A stretch of DNA of 62,235 bases, counting the filler, from Dimargaris cristalligena (taxonomy: Eukaryota), in assembly GCA_003614675.1 (NCBI GenBank). It is 20 parts of 20 records of this genome, joined end to end, with 100 filler letters (N's around TTAATTAATTAA, not from the genome) between each part and the next. Parts side by side here need not be neighbours in the genome. Positions count along the whole stretch, not along the records: positions 22,001 to 25,024 come from ML004050.1; positions 25,125 to 28,143 come from ML004051.1; positions 28,244 to 31,262 come from ML004052.1; positions 31,363 to 34,381 come from ML004053.1; positions 34,482 to 37,497 come from ML004054.1; 15 more parts are not named here. One strand, given 5' to 3'. The stretch's first letter is position 1, and each line of letters begins with the position of its first letter. The notes below the pieces were generated by a model. It did not search any database. It was not told where the DNA came from and saw only the letters and a program-made list of their open reading frames with translations. Shown here in pieces: positions 23,668 to 36,400 of the stretch. Made by a program: the position numbers and the translations under genes.

Positions 23668-23988
23668 ATGCAGTTCCCCTCGCTCTTCAGGACCCTTCTT
23701 GTTGCGGCCGTCGTTATAGGTGCCACTGTCCTGGCCAGCGCTGCCTCTTTACCTCAGCCTGAATCCCACCTTCAGCGCCGGGCGGCTGGCCTTGAGCAGT
23801 CTATAGCTCGCCGCCATCCTGTACCTTCTAGCCCCACCCCTCCACCCAGCCCCAATCCGAATCCCCCTCCCGCTCCTCCACCGAGTCCCGTACCCACTCC
23901 CAATCCGTACCCTTCTCCCCCACCGTCTCCACTGGTCATATCCAAATCCAAATCCAAACAGGCCGGTGATAAGGGTCCCAATAAGTAA
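23668..23988 (+). CDS. Small secreted Pro-rich (extensin-like) precursor (106 aa) with two RR sites
   Basis: Signal MQFPSLFRTLLVAAVVIGATVLASA, then HLQRR-AAGLEQSIA-RR, a Pro-rich tract (PPPSPNPNPPPAPPPSP...) and a Lys-rich tail. TATAAAA at ~23496; CACCATG context. Confidence 0.8.
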   Translation: MQFPSLFRTLLVAAVVIGATVLASAASLPQPESHLQRRAAGLEQSIARRHPVPSSPTPPPSPNPNPPPAPPPSPVPTPNPYPSPPPSPLVISKSKSKQAGDKGPNK

Positions 23989-26900
23989 TATAGTCGCTAG
24001 GATGTCTTGGTCATCTTGAGGTAGTGTTTGCCTTCGGATATGAACCCGGCTCCATGAGCTGTCCACTATGTATTGGTTTAAATTTATCGGTTTTATATTT
24101 TCGTGCCCGGCCAATCCAAGTCGACCCAGTGGTGGTAGGCTGACTTTGTTGTAGTACACCAGTACTATGCAACATTATAACCCGCCTTCGGTTCAATAAA
24201 CACCCTAAAAGGATTGGTATATGTGGTCTGAGAGGTATACATATTGGATGTGATCAATGGAAGGAATAGGTAACTTTGTAAACTGCCGAACGTATGTCGC
24301 CTTCGGGATGTTGCGAAATAGACCCCTAAAATAATAACGAAGCCTAGGTAAGTGCGGCGGGATTCTCCCAAAGCCGGTAGCCATAATAGGTATAGCCAGA
24401 TGTAATCATTTTGACTGTTGGGCCTACACCCCAGCTATCACGCAGTCCTAAATACCAGTATATTACGTAAAAGTGTGGTTTAAAGAGTGCTAAGGGCAGA
24501 TTGAAATTGGCCAATTCACGTCTCTATAGGTGATTGTTCTGACCCCATAGTGTTAGACCGAGGTGATGGCTGTTAAATAATATATAAAAACGCAAAGGGA
24601 CCAACCATTTACCCGAATAATAGACAACCGACCCATGCATATATTACCCCATTCGGGACCCGCAACTGGATGCCCTACAAATTGCCGATATATAGTATAA
24701 TGCGTAGATACGCGGAGAGTAGAGGCTAGCTATAGCATTAGAGGCCCATTTATTGTTGTCGATAACTGCATTAGTACTGTACTGGGAACTACTAAATATG
24801 GCTAACTCGTCTTTTAAATTGTATACCGACCATCCGTCAGTGACTCTGACCACCAGTAGGATGTGCAGCGTCCGATATATGAAACTAACGCCAACCCTAG
24901 TACTTTGGCAATGGGCTGCTACGTACCACGATTACTTTTTCGCTGTACTTCAGACTCAAGGCCGTTGTTATCCACGTATAAAAGCTCTCTGTGTGTATTG
25001 CTAACAACTTAGCCTGGATGTTATNNNNNNNNNNNNNNNNNNNNNNNNNNNNNNNNNNNNNNNNNNNNTTAATTAATTAANNNNNNNNNNNNNNNNNNNN
25101 NNNNNNNNNNNNNNNNNNNNNNNNACCCCTTATGATGACCCTGATAGTGACCGTGAAAGTGACAGTGAGAAAGTGTCTTTTGCGGGAGAGGATGATAATT
25201 GGGAGGAATATGATGTATCACCGGGTTCAGTAGAGATAAGCTCTTTCCGCCCAACCCCTCAAGTAAGTTACCCATAGTCGCTGGGCGGCTTTAATGACTG
25301 GCTGTGTTGACGTGACCTGTAAACTCTTATTCATACACTGACAATTACCAAACCCTCCTTCACCACTGCAGATTCCATCAAAGTTGGCCCCTCCTTCGAG
25401 TGCAGCTGACTTCAGCACTGATTTAAATGGCATGAGCATGAGTCTTTTTTGTTTAACATCTGATCTCTAAGAGTCAATCCCTCATTCCTTCCGATAATGA
25501 AAAACGATGTTTATGTCCCTGTGCACTTGTCGCTGGTCAACAAAACATTTTTTGACCAGTGTAATTTTTGGGTGTCTTCAACTTTCCAAAAACCTGAACA
25601 TTTGATCATATTTACCACTGCACCTTGGCCCAAACAAGATGATCATTCTTTAGTTGAAAACATAATTTCAAAGCAGAGCATGATGATCTCCAATCATTTA
25701 TAATGTACAGATTCTAAACGAGAATTTTAGGGAAGCCGTCCCATAATCCTGTTGGTCAGAATGATTGAGTTGGATTGGACTTGGAAAATATATGAAAGCT
25801 GGGCACCGATCTCTGATATGTTGCCAAAGATCTCCTCAATATTCTGTGACATCTTGAATGACATCTCCTTGGTCACAATATTGATGAATATAACTCAAAT
25901 AAGTGAAAGCATTGTGCTGATTAACAGAGGATTCACAAGGGTTGCTTTTATGAGTATTTGTTTAAGAAAAATGAGTGTCTCCCAGCCATGTTTTATCTTC
26001 TCTTCTGATTATAAATTTTTCAGCTGACGTCTGATAAAAATGTTGTGACAAATTTCTCCCATGTCTGCAGGAATCGCCCAACCGATTTAAGCTGTCATTT
26101 CTAGCAGTGTCGGGAATTCGTGGTTTGATTACATCTCAGAACGTTCTAGTTCATGTAGATAGTTTGTCATGGGAGTGTTTAGATTTGGAGGACCTTTTGG
26201 AAGCAATGTAAAGGATCTATCTGGGAGCAGATCTCATTGGTCACTTTGTTTGAGCTGTTGTTGACAAGATCAGGTAAAGACAATAAGAGGAGAGAAACTG
26301 TCAGGTCTAGGATGGAGAACATTGCAGTCGTCTTAGTAGCAATTGAGTGGTGTTCACACAGACTCCTTAAGGTCGGACACAGTATTTACACTTAGGATGC
26401 TTTGGTGCGGTGCAGTCTTAACAACTCCAGTTGATGAAATCAAGTATTGAAAATAAAGCCCGAAGTCGTTAGTAACGTGGACCACGTAATCGATTTCCAT
26501 TTCTTTCGGATAGGCGGATCACCTGTTGCCAATCTAATTTTCCGGAGACTTGAGAGACTTGGGAGACCCAAGAGGACAAGACGTTTTCAGGAGGAGTGTA
26601 AATTCTTCCAGGCAATAACACAAGAATTAGTTCTGAAAGAAACAGCTGCAAATTCGGCATATAGAGCCATAAAGTATGAAAAAACCAATGTACTTACCAA
26701 AAACACTTCCTTACGGGTCAGCTTTCTGTGAATGCCAAAGTTATTTAAAATGTTTGATTAAGTTTTTTGAGTCTCCCATATGCTAGTCCCACGGCCAAAG
26801 GAGAAGTTTTATTTTCCACTCTCTTGTCAACGGACGCCTTGGCAAGAAGCTTGTACTTTTGTCTGGGATATCTTCCTGCCGTTCGACCAAGCTTGGTGAA

Positions 26901-29287
26901 AAACTTGAAATCCGGGTCCGGATTGGTTGGCACGGTTATAAAAAGCCGCTTAGGAGAATCTGATTGTGGTCGCCATAAGGTGTGTTACAGGAGAAGGGGA
27001 CTTTTGTAACTAAGGCGGCTGCGTCGATGTCTATGGATAGGACATTTAAAGGGAGTTGATTGCTGTACACTGAGAAATAAATTTCATGTATCATAGTGTC
27101 ATCCAATCATCCTTGAGACCGTCCTTCACGCTTGTCATATGATATGATCGCAGAAAGAGGCTAACTCACAGGGTGGAAAGTCTCACACTGTAGTCTGCCT
27201 TTTGAAGGCATCCAAACGGAGCAAGGAAGTGGCTTGAAATGTTCTAAAATACAACAGGCCCGCTGTGGGGATCGGTTTTCGATGACAGCAGGGGGAAGGC
27301 TTCATGTATTCAACAAGATGAGACTGAGTTCAAGAACAAAGGACCAAACTTCTGTTAATTTTGAATCTTTTCGGGCAGAGAACACAACTTCGCCAGCATC
27401 TTCCCCAGCACAAAAATGTCACAGCGCTAAATGTCACTTTGCTCTGACGTACTCTCTTCAATAATGTATGTCAATCGCCATTCCATGTCACGCTGTGCTT
27501 ACATAATTTTTTCAATAATCAAATTCATTTGCATGTTAACCCGCTCCATATCACGCTGTGCTCACGAAAAAGATTATGGAATCAGAGATTGAAACGAAGA
27601 GATCATTCAAACAAGCATTCAAAGATTTTAGCATTAACAAAATACAAACATGCATCACATTGTTCGCAAAGTCACCTCCTCCTAGGTATCTTGCAGGCCA
27701 TCAATTACGTCGTATTTGCCTTCCAGGTCACAGAGCAAGACAGAAACAAAGAGCCAGCTGCCGTCAAGTTGGGACGTCTCCTCCCTCTTGCCCAACAAAT
27801 TATTATTCTCTGCACACAGCCCAACAACCGTGACATCAGTGAATCCCTTGAAAACAATGCCCTCTTATCCCTCGAAATCCAGAATCCCTCCCCCCTACTA
27901 CTTGTGGGGACCTGTCCCTGACACCCCTTAAGGCAAACCACCTGTGTCTGTCAGCCCACACTCACCAAGCCAATCCAACCACACCTGCTACGGTGTTTTC
28001 GCCTCATCATCTCATCTCCATCCCCTCCATTACTACCATCCTTTCTCCAGCTGCATTTCTGCAGAATCCACGGATGGACCCCACTGTAGTGAGCAAGCGC
28101 GGTAAAACACAGCTTGATATCTATGTCCAAAAGGGAGTAGACTNNNNNNNNNNNNNNNNNNNNNNNNNNNNNNNNNNNNNNNNNNNNTTAATTAATTAAN
28201 NNNNNNNNNNNNNNNNNNNNNNNNNNNNNNNNNNNNNNNNNNNTGTAGAAAGAATGGGTTAAAAGGGAAGGGAAAAAAACTGGATATACCAGACAAAAAA
28301 GCTGCTTCATACCTTATATATAAATATAATAATCAAATAGTAATACTTTATACCTGTGGTAATCAAGGGGACACTCCACCTTGCCACAGCGCCCCAGCCC
28401 AATCTCGTTGATTCAGGCGATATTGGAAGCCCCGGCTGGCGGGGTTATCGCACCAGTTTACGTTACGCCTAGATCTCATCCATTGTGGATGGCTCGGCTG
28501 GTAGCAGTGCTGGTGTGACCGATTACCTGCACACGAAAGCCTCACGGTCAGAATCAGTGGTTTGTCCCAGTGACCTGGTGCCTCAGCTAACCCTTCAGTG
28601 GTTATTGGGTGAATACTTATTTGCACTCTGGCCCATACTTTATGGTAAGTCAAATATCAATTATGAAATATTTAGTATCCTTCTCATAGCCCCACTTAAA
28701 TCCACAAAAGAACTAGTTGACAAAGGTTTATATACACACGTATTGGTCACATAACTGCTTGCTAATTATTTAATCATTATATAATTATCTCTTCCCCTCA
28801 TCCTCCCGAACAGTATTTGATATTCGTAAATGAGGGTGCCGGGCATGGCTACCTTGGGTTATTTCTCTTGCAATAGAATCACTTAATCGCCTCATATCCA
28901 TTTCCTCTGGTCGTAAGCGCAGTACAGGAGTCTCACTCCACAAGAGTCTGAAGCTCACTGAATTAAGTCCCTGGTTGTGACTCTTCTTGAATTACTTCTT
29001 ATGCAGTCCATTTTACGAGCAGTTTACTAAACCCCGTCTGGACTGGGCATTAAGCGAACCCAAAATAAGTCCATTACTTCATTGTTCACGGGTATTCTGA
29101 GCGACTACCAACCCCTTTTGGAGTCATCCTATTTCTATACAGCAGGATCATAGGCAAGTCATCGCGACTTGATATAGGCAGATGGAGTAGCACATGCACC
29201 TCTTTATTAGGGCAAGTGCCTCTGTTCGAACCTCTTACTGTGCTGGATGGATATTTGCATACTGGGAGCAGTTGTGCAGTATATAAT

Positions 29288-29870
29288 TGTTAACTAGGTT
29301 AACCACTCTTAGTCCATCAAGAGTCCCAAGGATAGACTTCTAATGGTAGGTGGGGCTTAGACTTGGCTAAGGGGGCTACTAGCAACAGGTATGGGGTACA
29401 GTACTAACTAATAAAGGTTTAGGTAATTGGTTATGCAAGGGACATGCAGCAGGCACACTTACAGGTCAGTATAAGGGGGTGAGCATATATTGAGTTTATT
29501 AAAGTAAACTGGGGGGTAAGGATAAGCTAAGGAATCTAACCAGTCCCAATGGGGGCCAGTTATATATATGCAGGGGACAGCTCCAAAGGGAGGTCCCTAA
29601 AGGAAGATACTACTAAGACTAAAGGTATGATGAATAGCTAACCAAATGGCTGTAAGGACTTAGAAGACTCTATTAGGAACTGGAAGAGTTGTTAGATCAG
29701 TACAGGAGTGATTGGTGTGAACTACATAGTCCAGAAGGGGAATGGTAATATAATGTAGGATGATCCCATAGTACCAGGGGTGACCATGGGAAGGTTAATA
29801 TGGTGCTATAAGGCCTAATATGGGTGGATGATCATTATGTCCAGATTAAGTCAGATTAGGAGGGCTGACA
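29288..29870 (-). repeat. LTR family A, full length
   Basis: Reverse complement reads TGTCAGCCCTCC...CTAGTTAACA. Confidence 0.85.
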
Positions 29871-30367
29871 CTCCAAGCATACTTTCTATTGGTATAAATG
29901 CAGTTTCTTCATAATATTTAGAGATTAATGTCTAGTCACTCTATTTCATCAGCCTATATTGATATTGATATCCACACATGTCATTTACCCTTATGACAAC
30001 TCTTATCTGCTTATACCTTATAGAACCTGTCCCCCTAGTTTGTATTCATAGGTCTATTTGGCAAGAACTACCTTGAGCACAATTTGAAACTAAAAAGGCA
30101 CAATCCACCCAGGTATCTAACTACCCTTACCCAAGGATCATGCATGGCCAGCATCTGGTGTTTTCTTGTTGTCTGGTGACTGATAGTGTCATGAAGCCCA
30201 ATTATCTATATAAACCAATTCTACAGCTTGATCCTACTGTTAGAATGTAGAATCCCAATTACAGGAAGGTATCTTTCCAGGCCCACTGCTATCTTAGTTA
30301 CATATTGATATTTGCTGAGATTATTAATTAATATATGACTGTGGCTATCGTAAATGTATGAGCCCTG

Positions 30368-30950
30368 TGTCAGCCCTCCTAATCTGACTTAATCCAGACC
30401 TAACAATTGTCCATCCTTATTAGGCCTTATAGTGCCATATTAACCCTCCCATAGTCACCCCCAGTACTATGGGGTCATCATTTATTATATAACCCTACTC
30501 ATTCTAACCCCAATACTTTGCACCCCAAATACTCAACTTGCTGATCCAAGACTCTTCCAGTTCTCATAAGAGTCTTCCCAATGTAAAGCCATCTGGTCGG
30601 ATTCTTTAATTATCCACACCTAAGTCATAGTAGTATTTCCCTTGGGACCTCTCTCTGGAGCCATCTCCACATATATATAACCAGGCCCTCCTGGGACTGG
30701 TTCAAAGCTCAGCTTATTCATATCCCCCAGTTGACCTCAATAAACTCTATACACTCATTCCCCCTTATGCTAACTAGTAAGTGTGCCTGCTGCATGTCCC
30801 TGACATTTACCTGCATTTTTCCTTTATTGGTTAGTACTACACCCCCATCCTAATGCTAGTAGCCTGCTTGGCCAAGCCTAAGCGCCACCTACTGTTAGAG
30901 GCCTATCCTTGGGACTCTTGATGGACTAAGAGTGGTTAACCCGGGTGATA
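30368..30950 (+). repeat. LTR family A, full length
   Basis: TGTCAGCCCTCC...CCGGGTGATA. Confidence 0.85.
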
Positions 30951-31207
30951 GAGGTATATATAAAAATTATATAAAGATGCATTAGTTAGACAATTGAAGA
31001 TAAAGTATTGCTACTACATATTTTCTAATATGTGATTAAGGAAATAATTGAGTAGTGGAAAATCAACTAAGCCATTGTGGTAGTGTTCCATCAAAAAGTT
31101 GCAACAATGCTATATCCATTATCCTAGTCCTTTATGGGAAGAAAAATGGTACCACATAGATGCAGTAGAAATACATTTACATTGTAATGTGTCGTGAACT
31201 TACTACA

Positions 31208-31262
31208 TGTGGTGAACTTACCACATTTTTTACCTACTTTTATTTTTTATCTATTTTTCGCA
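31208..31262 (+). repeat. LTR family B, 5' end at contig edge
   Basis: TGTGGTGAACTTACCACA, preceded by a second partial terminus TGTCGTGAACTTACTACA (31190-31207). Confidence 0.75.
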
Positions 31263-31362
31263 NNNNNNNNNNNNNNNNNNNNNNNNNNNNNNNNNNNNNN
31301 NNNNNNTTAATTAATTAANNNNNNNNNNNNNNNNNNNNNNNNNNNNNNNNNNNNNNNNNNNN

Positions 31363-31493
31363 CTCTTTCAAGTATAAATACTCCCCCTTGCTGCCACCTC
31401 TTGAAATAGCACATCTATCATTACCTTTCCCTTTTATCACCTATCTTTTTGAATAAAGTTCAGTTTTCAAAGATTTGAGTTCAGTTCTTTATA
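31363..31493 (+). repeat. LTR family B, 3' tail with TATA and polyA signal
   Basis: TATAAATA, AATAAA; ends AGTTCTTTATA. Confidence 0.7.
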
Positions 31494-33440
31494 CAAGGGT
31501 ATTTCCCCTAGCAAAAGAGGTACCATAGCAATTTGTGACCACCCTATTTCAACATCAATTACTGGAGTCCACTAATTCTTTAGCCCTATTAATTACTACT
31601 ACTGTTTCATTGCCATGCTGGCTACAACTTCAAAACTGCTGTACCTCCTCCTCTGTAAGAATGCTACCTTTAACTGGGGGAGTGCACAACAACAAGCCTT
31701 TGAAACCATCAAGGTTACCCTATTATCCCCCCCCCATTCCCGGCCACCCTGACTTTTCACTCCCCTTTACAATCCAAACTGATACCAGTACATGTGGACT
31801 GGGTACTATACTACAGCAGCACTGAAGTAATGGTGAAGTCCTCATCCAGTGTGCTAGCCAAACATTGTCCTCAGCTGAAGATAACTACACAGCTACCAAA
31901 ATGGAGTGTTTAGCAGTAGTATGGGCCATCAAATACTTTTACATTTTTATCCATGGGACCCATTTCACAGTTGAATCTGACCATACTGCCCTCTGCTGGC
32001 TTATGGATACCCATGAGCCTACTGGCAGGATTGCTTAATGGATAATGTACCTCAAGCCATACTCATTTGACATTGTCCACAGAAAAGGGACAGATAACTC
32101 AGCTGCCTATGCCTTATCCCAAATCCCATGGAATCCCCCAGCCCCCATGCCTGACCACATCCTCACTATTAAAGAAACCAACCTCCCCATTCCAAAGTTC
32201 CGGGACCATATACTGGTAGTCCCAGATGACCTCATTGACATCCTTATGAGTTTTATCAAAATGGGATACCTACCATCAAATGTGACCCCCAAAGACTCAT
32301 CCCAAATCACAACCACTGTACCTTTATTTAAAGTTGGAGAGGATGATACTCTGTATATTACTTGCCGAGGATCAAATAAACTCTGCTGAGTCATTCAAGC
32401 AAAAGACATCAACAATATTATCATATTACACCATGGCTCTACCCTGATGGGCCATCTAGGTGTTGCAAAAACTGCCAAACTAATCTAACAGCACTACTTC
32501 TGGTGTGGGATCACTCAATCAGTCTGAAACTTCATAACTCAATGCCCCTACTGCCAAAAGGGCAACTCCTGATGTGACCACCTCGTCCCAAAGACCTGGC
32601 TGGAGTCACATCCATTCTCCACTGTGGCACTCGATATTATAAGCCCATCTGAACAACCAACGGCCATGGGTAATTGGTATTTCATCACTACAATGGATCT
32701 CTTCTCCTCTTGGCCTGAGGTTCAGGTATTACCTGACAAATCTGTCCCTTCTGTCATTGACCTCTTCATTACCAATATCATCTGTCAATTCGGCTGTCCC
32801 ACCCAAATTTTAACTGATAATGGGCATGAATTTGATAACAATCTCATACATGGTATATGCGAATGCTTGAACATTAACTAAAATTTCTTGGTACCATACC
32901 ACCCACAAACTGATGGCCAACTCGAGAGGTACAATGGTACCCTGGTCCAGCAATTACACCCACTCACCAAACAACACCAACAAGACTGGGATGAATTCCT
33001 CCTGCAAGCCCTATTCACCTACTGCATGAACACACACACTGCAACCCTCAAGGAGCCCTCCTGAGTGCTCTACTCCTTCAACCCCCCAACTACCCGCCAA
33101 AGTCCTCTACCCTACCAATGACACTATAGGGCCATCTGTTACTAAAGATTTCGAAGAATTACATCAGGAAGTCATTGCTAATCAATCTAAAGCCCAGGAA
33201 CATCACTTAAAGCATAAGGTCACCTCTGTGCCCTTTACCGAAGCTGAGCTCCCACTTGGTACTATGGCCTTTTATGAAAACCTTGCTTGTACCAAGTCCC
33301 AACTCCCGTGGCTGGGTCCCTTTATAATTGGGGACCATTCCCCACATAATACTGCAACCCTCAGAGGGGGCGGACAACCCTGAGTCAGGATGACCCCTCA
33401 TCTCAACCAATGAGAATGCTCCATCTAACCCCCTCACTAT
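31494..33440 (+). mobile_element. Ty3/Gypsy pol relic: RT thumb, RNase H, integrase
   Basis: PDFSLPFTIQTDTS, AEDNYTATKMECLAVVWAIK, SDHTAL, HRKGTDN, HHCC zinc finger (H..GHLG...CPYC), DLFS, ILTDNGHEF and YHPQTDGQLERYN. The RNase H-then-integrase order is Gypsy-type. Many stops. Confidence 0.95.
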
Positions 33441-36400
33441 AGCGGCCCCCTCCGAACAAGCAGCGAATGGCAGTCACTCTACCCAGATACCAGAGATATA
33501 AATATAAAAGAAGTAGCAACTCGTATACTCAAAAGATCTTCATGTTTCAATAAAATACTTATTTTAAACTTATATATCTTTTCCATAAATAACCCTCCTC
33601 GGTATTTACTAGTTTACTTAGTCCCCACTCGGATTTCCGTCATAATACTCACACCCTAGCTGATAGGTTCAGCCACATTTTCCGCCATCACGTCTCTCAT
33701 GAACTCATCAAACGCCCTCCGCCTCCGCCTGCGCCTCCTGATCCCATGAGTATGACCCACATCCTTAATGACAGACCACAAACTAACTTCCGTCTACAGA
33801 TTAGCTCTGAGGAGATGTAAAATTTTACGTCCCCTGTCTAATGCACATAATACTATTGATGTGTCCCTCTGCGTCTCTTTAATTATCTTTCAGCAGCTTG
33901 AGTCATTGCTGCCTTGCATTCTTCCGGGGTATCCCATCCCAGCTCTACCACAACACGCCATAACGGCGTCTTGCTTTCAGCAACCATAATCAATTCCTTA
34001 TAAAAGAATGTCCTTGGTGTATATTGAAAAACAACAACCATCATCACCCCCAATATTCCACACCATCACCGTTCTGGTTTTTCTCCTTGTTTCCTTATTC
34101 TTACCTATTATTTTCCTATACCTCGAATAAAGCTTCATCTTAACACCAATATTGACGTTGAACGAAGTGAGGTTCTCTCTAAACTCATATATTGTTACAG
34201 CCTTCTTATATTGTGTAAAGGTCCACCCTTCTATATATGACTGTGATAGCAACTGGCCAATCAGGGATTCATATACTAATGGCACTAGTGTACTACCTGG
34301 GAGGTCCGGCCTGTTGCCAATGGCCTTTAGAAATCGCAAGGAGGCAGCGGCCTCCTTATCAGCGCGGCCTAAATTTGATTTNNNNNNNNNNNNNNNNNNN
34401 NNNNNNNNNNNNNNNNNNNNNNNNNTTAATTAATTAANNNNNNNNNNNNNNNNNNNNNNNNNNNNNNNNNNNNNNNNNNNNGAATGGCGAACCGTGGATG
34501 CCCCCTACTTATATAATTTTTCAAAACCCAAGGGTTTGATCATTTTTGGTGAGCACCATATTTGTAGGGCTTCTCCTATTGGTGCAAATTTTCGACCAAT
34601 ACAATGTGACAATCCCCGTTGTTTGGGAACTCCACACCCAATCCAAACCAATGGTGTCATTAGTACCGACGGTTAGACGGGGATTGGCCCTCACCTTCAC
34701 AAAACAGTATGGAAGAATGGCGATTTCTCCCCTACCCACGCCGCCAGCCATAAATAAGTTTGCCACTGTGTCAACAGTGTTCCAGCGGCCTTAGTCCTTT
34801 CTCTAGTATCGGACTGAGAAGTATTTTAGGAGTCGGCCAACGGACATGTCCGAGGAGTGGGGGCTAAACCAAAACTGAGTGGTTTATCAACTAACTACCC
34901 TCAGTATAGGTAAATTTTAGACCAACCGCGGCAGACGGATTTCTGCTAGCAATATCTGATTGGATGTTCTCTCTTTCGTTCCCCTTGAACATTAAATAGC
35001 CGAATTATTCGTTTACTCAGCCTTTATCATCCTCCCAGCGAACCCCATACGGGGCTCATCCATATCCGACTACCTTACAAGCAGACCAAATATGGGCCAT
35101 ATTGTAGCTATTCCAAGTGCAACAGCATTGTGGGGATGGAGTAGCCAACCTTATCACACTACCATCGCCGACTCGCAAAAACATCACCAGGATACATTAG
35201 GCTGCCTCTGGGAAAGACTGGTGATATGGTAAATAATCAATCTTAGGCACCAATTGATTCACATGATCATCTCCCTTTCTAATGGAGCTTCTTCAATATT
35301 TCGGTGTTGATGGGCATTGGTGCAAATTTTAAATACTCGGATTATATGACGCTCCGAGATGCGCTCGTTTTGTGATCCTCCCTGCTTTAAACCCAGTATC
35401 CGGCTGCCAAGACCAATGAAGTCCGGGGTGTTTGCGATATATTTGCGGCTGCATCCATCATTAAAACTGCGGCATTGGCTAGCTTCCTGTCAGGCGCCGG
35501 CGAGGAATATAGTAATATTCGAGGTGGCAACGTTGCCTGGCCCAGGCAGGCTCGGCTGCCAAAGCTGCTGTTGTTCAAGGTATTCTAATTTTGTTGAGGC
35601 ATTGGTTAGACAAAACTAGCCATCCTCTGGTCTCCTGTATATTGGAATCAGTGCCACGGCTCCCTGGTACCCCGGATTCTTTTTCAATGTACAATGAAAC
35701 TCTTATATCGGGATCGCTAGAACAATATTTATATTAGTAGGACCTCTCCCACTCCGCAAAATCAGACCTTTAAAGCAAAGCTTCCCCCAATGTAGTGGCA
35801 GGATTCTTTACTGTCTTCTAGGCCCGTCAGTGAAACGGAGAAAACCAGTTTATATGGCAATTGGGTAAGCCGCGTTTTCTGACTGATATTAGATTCTATT
35901 ATTTAATATACTACTAATTGCCTGTAGCTCCGAATCGGCCAAGGCATGCTGTTTGGGTGCGCGACTAGCCCAACACTGGCAATACCAATGACCAGCAAAA
36001 ACGGCTTTGCTCCGATTGGTGCAAATTTGGACTGGGCGTTTTTTCACTCACGTGCTTTTATTAGCCTACTGTAGCCCAACCACAGTTCAACTTTATGAAT
36101 TCTTTGTACCCCACATCCCATCTTTCAACCATAGTTTATACATCCCATCTTTCACCCATAGTTTATATATCCCAGTATCTTCATCTACTATGGTTATTTA
36201 AGAACATGCACAAATCTCAACCGTGGCATATTGGATTACAAATGAACATCAATAAAATATAACCATTTTTAGCTAGCAACATTAATACACAGATACCCCC
36301 CATTCCTTCCCAATCCCCCCGCATCTTAACATGTTTTGTCTTGAGCTCCCTACTTTCCACTTTAAGCCGCCTACCTGACACTCCCCCATTTCCATGTTTT

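Noticed and set aside
36113-36174. 27-bp tandem repeat, ~2.3 copies
   Set aside because: Real but ordinary short slippage duplication with no associated feature.
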